Origin: Desulfobacterales bacterium
GTDB lineage: Bacteria > Desulfobacterota > Desulfobacteria > Desulfobacterales > UBA5852
Reading direction: 5' to 3'
Assembly (NCBI GenBank): GCA_963674755.2
Contig: CAXXVS010000003.1
Location: 1,504,001-1,568,000 of the forward strand
Length of the DNA stretch: 64,000 bases
Below the pieces are notes generated by a model. The model ran no database searches. It saw only the letters and a program-made list of their open reading frames with translations, and was not told where the DNA came from. This document shows positions 48,159 to 58,659 of this stretch, in pieces; the stretch's first letter is position 1, and the number at the start of each line of letters is the position of its first letter. The position numbers and the translations under genes were made by a program.

Positions 48159-48196
48159 GCTATCGTTGGGAACCGCAAACAGAGGCTCTGTCGCGG

Positions 48197-49477
48197 CTAG
48201 AACCGCCAGGTGAAACCGAAATCGACGGCCTGCTCGCTCAGGTTCGATTTGATTTGCACCGCGCGTCCTTGCGGATCCGTCCCGTTTTCGGTGATGTCGT
48301 TGGAGAAACCATACATATACCCGACGTTGAGTTCCACCGTCGGGGTGATCTGGTAGCCAACCCCGAGGGTCACATGCTGCTCCACCACGGCCGGGAAGCC
48401 GATCGTGCGGAAGGATTCATAGTAGTAGGTGGGGATGAGATTGCCCTGCACGTTGGTGACGCTGTTGGGCATGCCGAGCAGGTTGAAGCTGCCGTCCCAG
48501 CCGTTGTGCTGGTCGACCGGACTTTCCGCATAGTTGTAGCCGGCCCGCAGGAACAACCCCTGGATGGGCTGCCACTGGGCACCGATGGCGAAAACCCATT
48601 GGTCATTCCAGTCGAAGTCGTCGTAGCCTTTGGCGTCGGACCAGTTGATCCATTTCGTATCCGCCTCCACCAGCAGTTCAATACCGGGGAAAAAGTAGGC
48701 GGCACCGAAACCCAACTGCTGGGGGGCCTCCAGGTCGAGGTCGTCGCGGAAGCCGTTCTGGTCGAAGTCGGTCACGTGGTCGAAGGTGGCTTTCTGGGCG
48801 GAGATATAGGTCAACCCCAGGGACAGGTTGTCGATGGGTTTGTAGATGATGCCCGGCTGAAAGCCGAAGGCGTAGGCGGTGGAGCCGCCGTCGCCCAGAT
48901 CGAGGGTTTCATAGTCCACATGGACGGCCAGCCCCAGGGACAGATTGGGCAGGAGCTGGAAGGCAAGGGACGGGGCGAATTTCATGATCTGCAATTCGGT
49001 ATAGGTCCCGGAGGCCAACGGCGCCCCGCTGGGAGAATAGGTCGCGAAGTCGAGGGACGTGTCCCTGTAATCCACTCCCATACCGCTTACGCCATAGGCT
49101 GCCAGCCCGAAACGCCAGTTCTGGGGCGAATCCGAAATGGGAAGCGAAAGACCAATGGCCGGAATGGCATAGACATTGTCTTGGCTGTCGGACTTGACGA
49201 CCCCGTCGGCGGTGGTGATCTTGGCATCGACTTTCGGCATGAACAGGGTTCCGGCGAAATTCACCTCGGTGGACGGACAATAGGGGCCGAAACACATGGC
49301 GGCCGGGTTGGAGAAAACGGCGCTGATCGCATCCTGGGGAGCCGCAATACCGGTTCCCCCCATCGCCCGGGAAATGGGGCCGATGGCGATCAGGTTGGTG
49401 CCGTTGGTGGCCAGGGCCGCCGGTGCCAGCATCAGCGAACAGGCCAGGATTGCCATCAATAAATAAAACTTCCTCAT
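48197..49477 (-). CDS. FadL/OmpP1/TodX family outer-membrane channel
   Basis: Signal peptide; ATNG...G..SRAMGG hatch, NPAAM motif; beta-barrel pattern; C-terminal TWRF. Confidence 0.88.
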   Translation of the reverse strand: MRKFYLLMAILACSLMLAPAALATNGTNLIAIGPISRAMGGTGIAAPQDAISAVFSNPAAMCFGPYCPSTEVNFAGTLFMPKVDAKITTADGVVKSDSQDNVYAIPAIGLSLPISDSPQNWRFGLAAYGVSGMGVDYRDTSLDFATYSPSGAPLASGTYTELQIMKFAPSLAFQLLPNLSLGLAVHVDYETLDLGDGGSTAYAFGFQPGIIYKPIDNLSLGLTYISAQKATFDHVTDFDQNGFRDDLDLEAPQQLGFGAAYFFPGIELLVEADTKWINWSDAKGYDDFDWNDQWVFAIGAQWQPIQGLFLRAGYNYAESPVDQHNGWDGSFNLLGMPNSVTNVQGNLIPTYYYESFRTIGFPAVVEQHVTLGVGYQITPTVELNVGYMYGFSNDITENGTDPQGRAVQIKSNLSEQAVDFGFTWRF

Positions 49478-49627
49478 GGTTGCTTACCTCCATACTCACA
49501 TCGTTAAATCCGGTCCCCGTCCTTTGTGCGGGGACTGTTGCCCGAGATAGACGACCATGGGCCGTGCCATACGGCTCACGATCATGGCTAAACAGCGGCT
49601 CGGCGCGCGGGTCGAAACCGATCGGTT

Positions 49628-50884
49628 TCAGGCGGGAACCAGAGCGTCGGCCACCATTGAAGACAAGAAGGTCACATCCACCTCCATTTTATAATGTTTG
49701 TTGAGGTCGCTCAGCTGGGCGTGGCAGTTTTCACAGGCTGTGGTGAGGATCTTGGCCCCTGTCCCTTGGACCTGATCCACCTTGACCCGGGCGGATTTCA
49801 TGCGGAAATCATGGGTCTCATCCCCCAGGGCCACCAGGCCGCCGCCCCCGCCGCAGCACCAGTTGTAGGCCGGCTCCGGGGACAATTCCCGGTAATCGTC
49901 GGTCAGGTGCTGCAGAATGTAGCGCGGCGGATCGATCACGCCGCCGTTGCGGGCAATTTGGCAGGGGTCGTGGTAGGTGATCGGGACATTGAATTTGGAC
50001 TTGTCCAACCGGATGCGGCCCTCCTTAAGATAGCGGGCGTGCACATCGGTGATGGACGACACCGTGAAGGGCTGCTTGCCGGAGAGCTGCTTCATGACCC
50101 GATAGGCTGTGCCGCACTCGCAGATGCAAACTTCCTTGACCTTGAGCCGCTTGGCTTCGTTGACGATGCGCTCCAGGATCAGTTTGGTCTTGGTGGGATC
50201 CCCCACAAAGGCGCCGAAATTGACGGCTTCAAAGAAACTCAGGGTCCATTTTTCTCCGGCGGCATTGAAAACGGCCGCGGCCGGGATGATCGAATGGGCG
50301 CCGGCCAGGGCCACATAGAGCAGGTCGGCCCCTTCCACATCCACCGGGATAACGGCTTCGCCCGCTTCCATCTGCCACTTGGCGACGACTTCCTCTTCCA
50401 GGCGCTTGAGTCCCTGGATGAAGCCCTCCTTGAACATTTCGATGGACTTGCCTTTTTCAATGGACATATCCGCCAGCATGGTCAGGGTTTCCGGCTCCGT
50501 GTGGGCGCCGATCAACAGCAGCTTGGCGATGGACATGAGCATCTGGGTGTCGATGCTGAAAGGGCAGTAGAGCATGCAGCGCCGGCAGCCGGTGCAGGAG
50601 TAGGCGGCATCGAAGAGCTCCTCCAATGCCATTTCGGTCAGTTCTTTGGACTCGCCCACCGAAGGCCAGACCTTGCCCCGGGCCTTGAAGTATTTTTTAT
50701 AGAGCCGCCGGATGATTTCATGCCGGTAGGCGGCGATGTAGCGTACCTGCCCCATGGAGGCATAAACGTGGCAGGCCTCCGTACAGGTCCCGCAGCGGGT
50801 GCAGGTTTCGAGATAGAAGCGCATGGCTTCGTTGAGTTTGCTCTGGAAAAGACCCAGCAGGTCGTCCCGTGTCTTGGCATCCAT
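49628..50884 (-). CDS. DsrK/HdrD-like Fe-S protein with CCG domain
   Basis: CTRCGTCTEAC, CTGCRRCMLYCP, CECG, YHDPCQ, CCGGGGG, ACENC. Confidence 0.88.
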   Translation of the reverse strand: MDAKTRDDLLGLFQSKLNEAMRFYLETCTRCGTCTEACHVYASMGQVRYIAAYRHEIIRRLYKKYFKARGKVWPSVGESKELTEMALEELFDAAYSCTGCRRCMLYCPFSIDTQMLMSIAKLLLIGAHTEPETLTMLADMSIEKGKSIEMFKEGFIQGLKRLEEEVVAKWQMEAGEAVIPVDVEGADLLYVALAGAHSIIPAAAVFNAAGEKWTLSFFEAVNFGAFVGDPTKTKLILERIVNEAKRLKVKEVCICECGTAYRVMKQLSGKQPFTVSSITDVHARYLKEGRIRLDKSKFNVPITYHDPCQIARNGGVIDPPRYILQHLTDDYRELSPEPAYNWCCGGGGGLVALGDETHDFRMKSARVKVDQVQGTGAKILTTACENCHAQLSDLNKHYKMEVDVTFLSSMVADALVPA

Positions 50885-50887
50885 GGG

Positions 50888-51598
50888 TTAGCCCCTCCGG
50901 AGTTTGTTCATGGGTAGTGATAAAAAGGCGTGCATGGCCTGGCTGAAAGGGAAGAAGATCAGAAACAGGTTGGCCAGGAAGACATGCAGGAGCAGCATGA
51001 AGGAATGTCCGCTTTCCGTCACGCTGGCAGGCAGATAGGGCTCGAAAGCGATCAGGCTGCCGAGATAGGTGCGATAGTCGTCCACCGTCATGCCATCGTA
51101 GTAGTACCAGTTGCGGGCCCAGTCCATCTGGCTGCCGAAGAGCACCACCAGGAAGAGCAGGATCAGCAGATAGTAGTCTTCCGGGACCGACAGCTCGCGC
51201 ACCGGCGAACGGAAGCGCCGAAAGAGGAAATACAGCAGGGACAGGGCCGTCAGCAGCCCCACCATTCCTTTGCCGAGGAAAATTTCATGCGGGATGATCT
51301 GCAGGATGGGGTAGTCCCCGAAAAGCTCCAGGTGACCGATGATCAGCAGCAGCAGGCAGGCATGAAAGATGATGAGGAACACCCACAAAAGCGGCTTATG
51401 GCGCCGGACGGTTGGGAAGAGAAAGGTGTCGTGCAGGGCCCACAGCCAGGCAGGCTTTTTGGCCGGATAGATCTGCAAGGTGGTCGGGTGTTTGGGTGCC
51501 TTGAAGATGTTGACCAGACGCACCGTCGTGCCGATCACAAAGACGGCGGCTGCCAGATAAACCATGGGCACGAGAATGATATAGGATAGTGTTTCCAC
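50888..51598 (-). CDS. DsrM/NarI-like membrane b-type cytochrome
   Basis: About five TM helices with His pairs FH...GH and LH...MH; adjacent to the DsrK-like gene. Confidence 0.85.
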   Translation of the reverse strand: METLSYIILVPMVYLAAAVFVIGTTVRLVNIFKAPKHPTTLQIYPAKKPAWLWALHDTFLFPTVRRHKPLLWVFLIIFHACLLLLIIGHLELFGDYPILQIIPHEIFLGKGMVGLLTALSLLYFLFRRFRSPVRELSVPEDYYLLILLFLVVLFGSQMDWARNWYYYDGMTVDDYRTYLGSLIAFEPYLPASVTESGHSFMLLLHVFLANLFLIFFPFSQAMHAFLSLPMNKLRRG

Positions 51599-51666
51599 GA
51601 AGCCCTCCCTAGGATGCCGAAGCGGGCGGGCCCCCACCGCCCCTGGCGGTGAGAAGCCCGTGCGGT

Positions 51667-51909
51667 TTACGCGTTGCGCTTGATAAGAAACCGGATCTCT
51701 TTACCGTCCTGATCGGTTTTGAGGATCTCGTTGCCGCTGGTACGCGCCCAGGCCGGGATATCCGTCAGGGAGCCGGGGTCCGTGGAAATGGCTTCGATCA
51801 CTTCGCCCACGGCGACGTCCTTGATGCCCTTGCTGACTTTGACGACCGGCATGGGACAGGCCAGACCTTTCAAATCAAATGTTTTGCTGATTGCGATGTC
51901 GTTGCTCAT
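51667..51909 (-). CDS. tusA: Sulfurtransferase TusA family
   Basis: DLKGLACPMP, TDPGS..DIPAW. Confidence 0.9.
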   Translation of the reverse strand: MSNDIAISKTFDLKGLACPMPVVKVSKGIKDVAVGEVIEAISTDPGSLTDIPAWARTSGNEILKTDQDGKEIRFLIKRNA

Positions 51910-51935
51910 TGTCGTTCTCCTCTCATTATGTTGGT

Positions 51936-52481
51936 TTAGATAAACAACTGAATTTTGCTGTCCATGGCTTCTTCCAGAAACTTGGCCACACCGCAGTATT
52001 CCAGGCCTTCGTACTGGATCATCTCCTCGTGCTTGAAGCCCATGAGGTCCATGGACATTTCGCAGATAAAAATGCGCACGCCGAGTTCCTCGGCCATGGC
52101 GATCATCTGGTCGAGGGAGGCCACATTTTTCTGCTTCATGAGGGATTTCATCATAGTGGTGCCCATGCCCCCCATGTTCATCTTGGAGAGCTTGACCTTG
52201 TCGGCCCCCTTGGGCAGCATTTTCCCGAACATGGTTCCCATCATGTCCTTGCCGCCGACGTTTTTGTCCTTGGCGCGCAGCACCGGGGTGCCCCAGAAGG
52301 TGAAGAACATGACCACATCCATCCCCATGGCGACCGCGCCGGTGGCAATGATGAACGATGCCAGGGCCTTGTCCAGATCGCCGCTGAAGCAGATCATGGA
52401 GAGCTTGTTCTCCGGGCTTTTTTTCTGAAGTGCATCCAGTTGGGCTTTCATTTCGGCCAGCTGGGTTTCGAGTTGCTCCAT
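51936..52481 (-). CDS. DsrE2 (DsrE/DsrF/DrsH-like) sulfur-carrier protein
   Basis: FSGDLDKA, FFTFWG, MGGMG, ICEMSMDLMG. Confidence 0.88.
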   Translation of the reverse strand: MEQLETQLAEMKAQLDALQKKSPENKLSMICFSGDLDKALASFIIATGAVAMGMDVVMFFTFWGTPVLRAKDKNVGGKDMMGTMFGKMLPKGADKVKLSKMNMGGMGTTMMKSLMKQKNVASLDQMIAMAEELGVRIFICEMSMDLMGFKHEEMIQYEGLEYCGVAKFLEEAMDSKIQLFI

Positions 52482-52560
52482 GGTGTCCTCCTAATAAGTT
52501 AATGCTATAAACATAAAAAACGGAATGAAATAAGTAAGATAAAAAATAAGGCGTTCTAAA

Positions 52561-52579
52561 TTGTATATAGTATGTACAA
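52561..52579. promoter_or_regulatory. Putative MarR operator palindrome
   Basis: TTGTATAT-AGT-ATGTACAA in the AT-rich region upstream of dsrE2. Confidence 0.55.
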
Positions 52580-52637
52580 TATATCCAAAAAAATCGCCCC
52601 CTTGTGCGGCTAAGAGAGCGTATTGCAGTCCTGCGGG

Positions 52638-53117
52638 TTACACCATCAGTTCTTTGACGGCCTCCATGGAAGCCTTGAGCAGTTCCAGATTGGTCAGCAT
52701 GGCTTTGCGCTGTTCAGGTGCCAGATGGGAGAGTACCTCCAGGTGTATGGCTTCCAAAAACGCGTTGATTTCGTTTAGCTTGTCCTGCCCCTTGGGGGTC
52801 AGGCTGAGCAGCGTGATGCGCGAATCCTCCGGATCCTTAATCCGCTGGATCAGCTTGCGGCGCACCATACCGTCGATAATACGGGTTACCCGGCTTTTAA
52901 CCACATTCATTTTGTGGGCGATGCCCTTGGGCGTCAGGTAGCGCTCATTGGCAAAGAGCTGCAGGCAGCGCAGCTCGGCATCCGGCAGCGCGAAGCGGTC
53001 GCTCTGGTACTGCATGCGTTCCTGGCAGCATTGAAAGAGCTTGGCGATCAACTCCTGAAACTGGACCACCTGGTAGGCGGAGATGGCATTAGCCGGGTTG
53101 CGTTGATTATTATACAT
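52638..53117 (-). CDS. MarR family transcriptional regulator
   Basis: LTPKGIA..MNVVKSRVTRII, R..DPEDSR...LTPKG. Confidence 0.9.
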   Translation of the reverse strand: MYNNQRNPANAISAYQVVQFQELIAKLFQCCQERMQYQSDRFALPDAELRCLQLFANERYLTPKGIAHKMNVVKSRVTRIIDGMVRRKLIQRIKDPEDSRITLLSLTPKGQDKLNEINAFLEAIHLEVLSHLAPEQRKAMLTNLELLKASMEAVKELMV

Positions 53118-53124
53118 GGTGTGA

Positions 53125-53152
53125 ACTATAGCAGGATTTCAAAAGGCGTCAA
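53125..53152 (-). promoter_or_regulatory. Sigma70 promoter of marR (probably leaderless)
   Basis: TTGACG-N16-TATAGT ending 7 nt before the ATG; no RBS. Confidence 0.6.
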
Positions 53153-53330
53153 GCATTTTTTCCCCAGACGATCAAAGCGCTTCAAATTTGGCGCCCAAAT
53201 GATGAAAAGACAAATTATAATGACATATTATGGGGTAACTTGCCATTCAGGCGAGTCACGAGGGGGAACGATTGGTGACCCTGCGAACCAATAACGGCTC
53301 AGGAGGGTAACGGATTCGTCATCCTTTCCA

Positions 53331-54164
<834 letters not shown>

Positions 54165-54326
54165 ATCGCTTCCCACGGTCAGTTCCTCTGTCTTGGCTCG
54201 GGCATCCATTAGTAGCATAGTTATATCTGATGTTGGTTGTCCAAGGGGCAGGCCATCCGGTGACAGCCTAACAATTCGGCAGGCCGGCGTCAATCGGTGC
54301 TCGGCCTGCCGAAGATTTCAGCCTGT

Positions 54327-55379
54327 TTACTTCATCGTGAGCGGTTTGAGGGTCTTGGCGGCATTGTGGTACGCTTCACGTTCTTTGTCGGGCATGGGAA
54401 TCAAGCCCTTTTCCGCCAGGTAGCCGTCCGGCCCCCAGGCCTTCTCGGAGGAGAATTCATTCAAATATTCCTGAATTCCGGGAATGACCCCCACGTGGGC
54501 TTTCTTGACATAGAAGAAAAGCGGACGGGATACCGGATAGGAGCCGTCGGCAATGGCCTCGAAGGTGGGCTGCACGCCGTCCACAAAGGAGCCTTGAATG
54601 ACATCGGTGTTCTGGTCGAGGAAGCTGAAGCCGAAGATGCCCAAGGCGTCGGGGTTGGCGCCCAGCTTCTGCACGATCAGGTTGTCGTTCTCACCGGCTT
54701 CGATATAGGCGCCGTCTTCACGGATGGTGTGGGCGGCTGCCTTGAACGCTTTCTTATCCTTTTTGCGCAGGGCCTTGAGCCAGTCGTATTCCTTAGCCCC
54801 GTCTTCCATAACGAGTTCCAGGAAGGCATCCCGGGTACCGGAGGTGGGGGGCGGGCCCAATACTTCGATCTTGGTGGCCGGCAGACTCCCATTGACGTCT
54901 TTCCAGGTTTGGTAGGGGTTGGGAACCAGCTTTTCCGCACCCGACGGATCCGGTACGTCCTTGGCCAGGGCCAGGTAGAGGTCCTTGCGGGTCAACTTCA
55001 AGGGTGCCGCTTTCTTGGAATTGGCCACCACGATACCGTCATAGCCGATCTTGATTTCGACGATGTCCTTGACACCGTTGGCCTGGCACTTTTCGTATTC
55101 CGATTTTTTAATGGCCCGGGACGCATTGGTGATGTCCGGGGTTTCGACGCCGACACCCTCGCAGAACAGCTTGAACCCGCCGCCCGAGCCGGTGGATTCG
55201 ATTTTGGGCGTATTGAAACTGGTGGTTTTCCCGAACTGCTCGGCAACGACCGTGGCGAAGGGATAGACCGTTGAAGATCCGACGATGCTGATGGTGTCGC
55301 GGGCCGAGGCCGCATAAACGGTTCCGGCGGTTGCCATAAAGGCCAGAGCGGTAGCAATGACAAGCGATTTCCTGATCAT
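54327..55379 (-). CDS. pstS: Phosphate ABC transporter substrate-binding protein
   Basis: Signal peptide; VGSSTVYP, STGSGGG, NASR, SGTRD, YPVSRPLF. Confidence 0.94.
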   Translation of the reverse strand: MIRKSLVIATALAFMATAGTVYAASARDTISIVGSSTVYPFATVVAEQFGKTTSFNTPKIESTGSGGGFKLFCEGVGVETPDITNASRAIKKSEYEKCQANGVKDIVEIKIGYDGIVVANSKKAAPLKLTRKDLYLALAKDVPDPSGAEKLVPNPYQTWKDVNGSLPATKIEVLGPPPTSGTRDAFLELVMEDGAKEYDWLKALRKKDKKAFKAAAHTIREDGAYIEAGENDNLIVQKLGANPDALGIFGFSFLDQNTDVIQGSFVDGVQPTFEAIADGSYPVSRPLFFYVKKAHVGVIPGIQEYLNEFSSEKAWGPDGYLAEKGLIPMPDKEREAYHNAAKTLKPLTMK

Positions 55380-55471
55380 ACGTTTCCTCCTGAAAGTAAA
55401 ATGGAAAGACATCAATACCCGTTGTTTACGATTGTGCGCCTATGCAAGCGCGCCCTATATACAACCCCTGT

Positions 55472-55487
55472 TTTAGGGTTTTGTTAG
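55472..55487 (-). promoter_or_regulatory. Pho-box-like repeats upstream of pstS
   Basis: Minus strand CTAAC / CTAAA with 11-bp period. Confidence 0.5.
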
Positions 55488-55534
55488 CACCTGCAAAAAA
55501 CTGCTGCGGCACCCCAAAAAGTTCTTCGAAATCC

Positions 55535-56833
55535 CTACCAGCGGCGTTCGAATTTCTTCCGAAGGACCACGGCCGTGGCATTCATGATGATCAGGAAGGC
55601 CAGCAGCACGATGGTGGCGGCTGAGGTCCGTTCCACAAAGGCCCGTTCCGGGCTGTCCGCCCACAGATAGATCTGAACCGGCAGCACGGTGGCCGCATCG
55701 GTCAGGCCGTGGGGCACATCGACGATAAAGGCCACCATGCCGATCATGAGCAGTGGGGCGGATTCCCCCAGAGCCCGGGCCATGCCGATGATGGTGCCCG
55801 TCATAATTCCCGGCATGGCCAGGGGCAGCACGTGGTGCATGACCATTTGCATCTTGGAGGCGCCAACCCCCAACGCCGCTTCGCGGATAGAAGGAGGTAC
55901 GGATTGCAGCGAGGCCCGTCCGGCGATGATGATCGTCGGCAGGGTCATCAAGGTCAGCACCAGGCCCCCCACCAGCGGGGCCGAGCGGGGCAGGCCGAAA
56001 AAGTTCAGGAACACGGCCAGGCCCAAAAGGCCGAAAACAATGGAGGGCACGGCCGCCAGATTGTTGATGTTGACTTCGATGAAATCCGTCCAGCGGTTCT
56101 TGGGGGCGAACTCTTCAAGATAGACCGCCGAGGCGATGCCGATGGGAAACGAGAGCGCCAGGGTGACCAGCAGGGTGTAGACGGACCCCATCACCGCTCC
56201 CAGAATACCGGCCAGCTCGGGTTCGCGCGAGTCGCCGGCGGTAAAGAAAGTCCGGTTGAAGCGCTTTTCGATCCGGTTCTCGGATTTCAGACGATCGACC
56301 CAGGCCAGTTGGATATCCTTGATGCGCCGCTCGCTCTCGGGGACGTTCAGATCAAAATGGCCCTTCAGCAGCATGTCGATATCATCGTCCGCCGGAACCC
56401 AGACCGGCACGGTCTTGCCGATCATCTCCGGCGAATTGAGCACCATCTTGCGAATCTGGAAGGCGGCCCCGCTGCTGACGAGTTTGTAGAGCATGCGCTT
56501 GTCTTTACGGGAGCTGACCTCCGGGAACATGCGCCGCAGGGACGCTTTGATGATGCCGGAATAATCGGCCGTGGCCAGGGCCTCCTGGCTCAGGAGGGTC
56601 GGATCGAAGAAGACATCCAGCCGCACAAAGGTTTGCTCGAAAGCCGAATACCCCTTGCTGATGATGCTGCCGAAAAGGATCGAGAGGAACAGCAGGCTGG
56701 CCAGGATGGCGCCGATGCCGTAGAAGCGGAAGCGGCGCTCCCGACGGTAGCGACGGCCCAGTCCGGCGTTGACGATATCGATGGCACGGCGTTGGGAGGC
56801 CCGGCCACCTGTTTTGAATCCGGTCTTATTCAT
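55535..56833 (-). CDS. pstA: Phosphate ABC transporter permease
   Basis: YLEEFA, NINNLAAVPSIVFGLLG, IREAALGVGA, RALGESAP. Confidence 0.94.
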   Translation of the reverse strand: MNKTGFKTGGRASQRRAIDIVNAGLGRRYRRERRFRFYGIGAILASLLFLSILFGSIISKGYSAFEQTFVRLDVFFDPTLLSQEALATADYSGIIKASLRRMFPEVSSRKDKRMLYKLVSSGAAFQIRKMVLNSPEMIGKTVPVWVPADDDIDMLLKGHFDLNVPESERRIKDIQLAWVDRLKSENRIEKRFNRTFFTAGDSREPELAGILGAVMGSVYTLLVTLALSFPIGIASAVYLEEFAPKNRWTDFIEVNINNLAAVPSIVFGLLGLAVFLNFFGLPRSAPLVGGLVLTLMTLPTIIIAGRASLQSVPPSIREAALGVGASKMQMVMHHVLPLAMPGIMTGTIIGMARALGESAPLLMIGMVAFIVDVPHGLTDAATVLPVQIYLWADSPERAFVERTSAATIVLLAFLIIMNATAVVLRKKFERRW

Positions 56834-58217
56834 ACTGCTCCCGGTATTTGCGCACCACATGCAGGGCGACGATGTTGAGCATCAAGGTGGCGATAAACAG
56901 CACCAACCCCAGGGCGAAGGCCGCCAGGGTCTTGGGGCTGTCGAATTCCTGGTCCCCCACCAGCAGGGTAACGATCTGCACGGTGACCGTGGTGACGGTT
57001 TTAAGAGGGTTGGCGGTCAGATTGGCCGCCAGTCCGGCCGCCATGACGACAATCATGGTTTCGCCGATGGCCCGGGATATGGCCAGGAGGACCCCGCCTA
57101 CGATGCCGGGCAGGGCCGCCGGCAGCACCACCTGTTTGATGGTTTCGGATTGGGTCGCTCCCAGTCCGTAGGCCCCGTCCCGCATGGCTTGGGGCACGGC
57201 ATTGATGACGTCGTCGGACAGGGAGGACACGAAGGGGATGATCATGATGCCCATGACCAGTCCGGCGGCCAGGGCGCTTTCCGAGGAGACATCGAGTCCC
57301 AGCGTCATACCGGCATCGCGGATGAAAGGGGCCACTGTCAGGGCGGCGAAAAACCCGTAAACCACGGTGGGGATGCCGGCCAGGATTTCCATGAGCGGCT
57401 TGGCAATGGCGCGAAAGCGGCGGTTGGCGTATTCGGAGAGATAGATGGCCGCCATGAGACCGATGGGCACGGCCACCGCCATGGCAATGGCGGAAATCAT
57501 CAATGTGCCGGCGAAGACCGGAATTGCGCCGAACGCGCCGGAGGAGCCCACCTGGTCGGCCCGGATGGCCATCTGGGGGCTCCACTTCAGGCCGAAGAGA
57601 AATTCCGTCAGCGGGATTTTGTCAAAGAAGCGGATGGCTTCGAAGAGCACCGAGAGCAGGATGCCGATGGTGGTGAAGATCGCGATGGTGGAGCAGGCGA
57701 TCAGGAGCCAGTTAATGATGCGCTCCACATGGTTGCGGGCCCGCAGCCTGGGCGAGATGAGGCGCAGGGACAAGGCAATGGCGGCCATGATCAGGGCCAG
57801 GACCACCACGGCCAGGGCCGCGGTGCTGACATGTTGAAGCTGATGGTAATGCTGGGCCGCAGCCTGCATGGTGGGGTCGATGTCCCCTGAGACGATGTTG
57901 CCGCTGACCAGGTTGCGGATATCGTTGACGATCAGATTCAGACGGGCCGGCGGCAGGCTGCGAACCGCATCGGGCAGATCGGCCACGACCAGCTGCGTAA
58001 TGACCGCCGGTTCGAGAAAGGACCAGACGGCGAAGATCAGCAGGGCCGGCAGACCGCACCACAGCGCCGTCAACAGTCCGTAGTAGGCCGGGCGGGAATG
58101 CATCCGCAGCAGGCCGGCCCGGTCGCCGGCCACGGCAAAAGCGCGCTTTCTTCCCAGGACGTAGGCGGCCGAGGTCAGCAGCAAAATGGCACTCAGGATG
58201 GTCACAGGTGACAACAT
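56826..58217 (-). CDS. pstC: Phosphate ABC transporter permease
   Basis: AIYLSEY, ILAGIPTVVYG, GAYGLGAT, RAIGETM. Confidence 0.94.
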   Translation of the reverse strand: MLSPVTILSAILLLTSAAYVLGRKRAFAVAGDRAGLLRMHSRPAYYGLLTALWCGLPALLIFAVWSFLEPAVITQLVVADLPDAVRSLPPARLNLIVNDIRNLVSGNIVSGDIDPTMQAAAQHYHQLQHVSTAALAVVVLALIMAAIALSLRLISPRLRARNHVERIINWLLIACSTIAIFTTIGILLSVLFEAIRFFDKIPLTEFLFGLKWSPQMAIRADQVGSSGAFGAIPVFAGTLMISAIAMAVAVPIGLMAAIYLSEYANRRFRAIAKPLMEILAGIPTVVYGFFAALTVAPFIRDAGMTLGLDVSSESALAAGLVMGIMIIPFVSSLSDDVINAVPQAMRDGAYGLGATQSETIKQVVLPAALPGIVGGVLLAISRAIGETMIVVMAAGLAANLTANPLKTVTTVTVQIVTLLVGDQEFDSPKTLAAFALGLVLFIATLMLNIVALHVVRKYREQYE

Positions 58218-58304
58218 AAGCCTCTATTGGCATGGTGGTTCCGGACCGCTTCAGGATCAATTCCGACGGTCCGTCAATTGCTGGGAAATAGGTAAAGGGG
58301 CCGC

Positions 58305-58331
58305 GTTAGGAATGTGTTAAGGAAGGGTTAC
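58305..58331 (-). promoter_or_regulatory. Pho-box-like repeats upstream of pstC
   Basis: Minus strand GTAAC, TTAAC, CTAAC at exact 11-bp period. Confidence 0.7.
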
Positions 58332-58659
58332 AATAGCGCTAGTATTGCAATAGAATCGCGTGAAGACGCTGGGGCGCTAATAATTGATAAGGAGGGGCGG
58401 CCGGCGCAGGCCGTTGATCGTTGCGGGGCACAGGCGTGTCTTGGGCCAGAACGCGGCAGCGGCGCGCGCTATGCTCAGGCGCTGTGCATTAAGGGGAAAG
58501 CTGCCGCAGGGGGCCGTCCTGGGATATCCAAAAGCGGCGGCCGGAATTGCCCGAAGCGGCCCCGGGCAGGGGCCGCCGGCGGGTCAAGCGGATTGGCAAG
58601 GGCTGGAAAGGGGCTGACCATCAGAGGGGGTAAGGGGGCGCCTTCCCGGACCTGCCGCC

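Noticed and set aside
49628..51598. Canonical dsrMK
   Set aside because: No dsrJOP or dsrC nearby and the Fe-S protein is shorter than typical DsrK, so no gene symbol was assigned.
53225..53330. Three small hairpins between pstB and marR as a possible ncRNA
   Set aside because: No recognisable family; explained adequately as pstB 3' terminator structure. An Rfam search would settle it.
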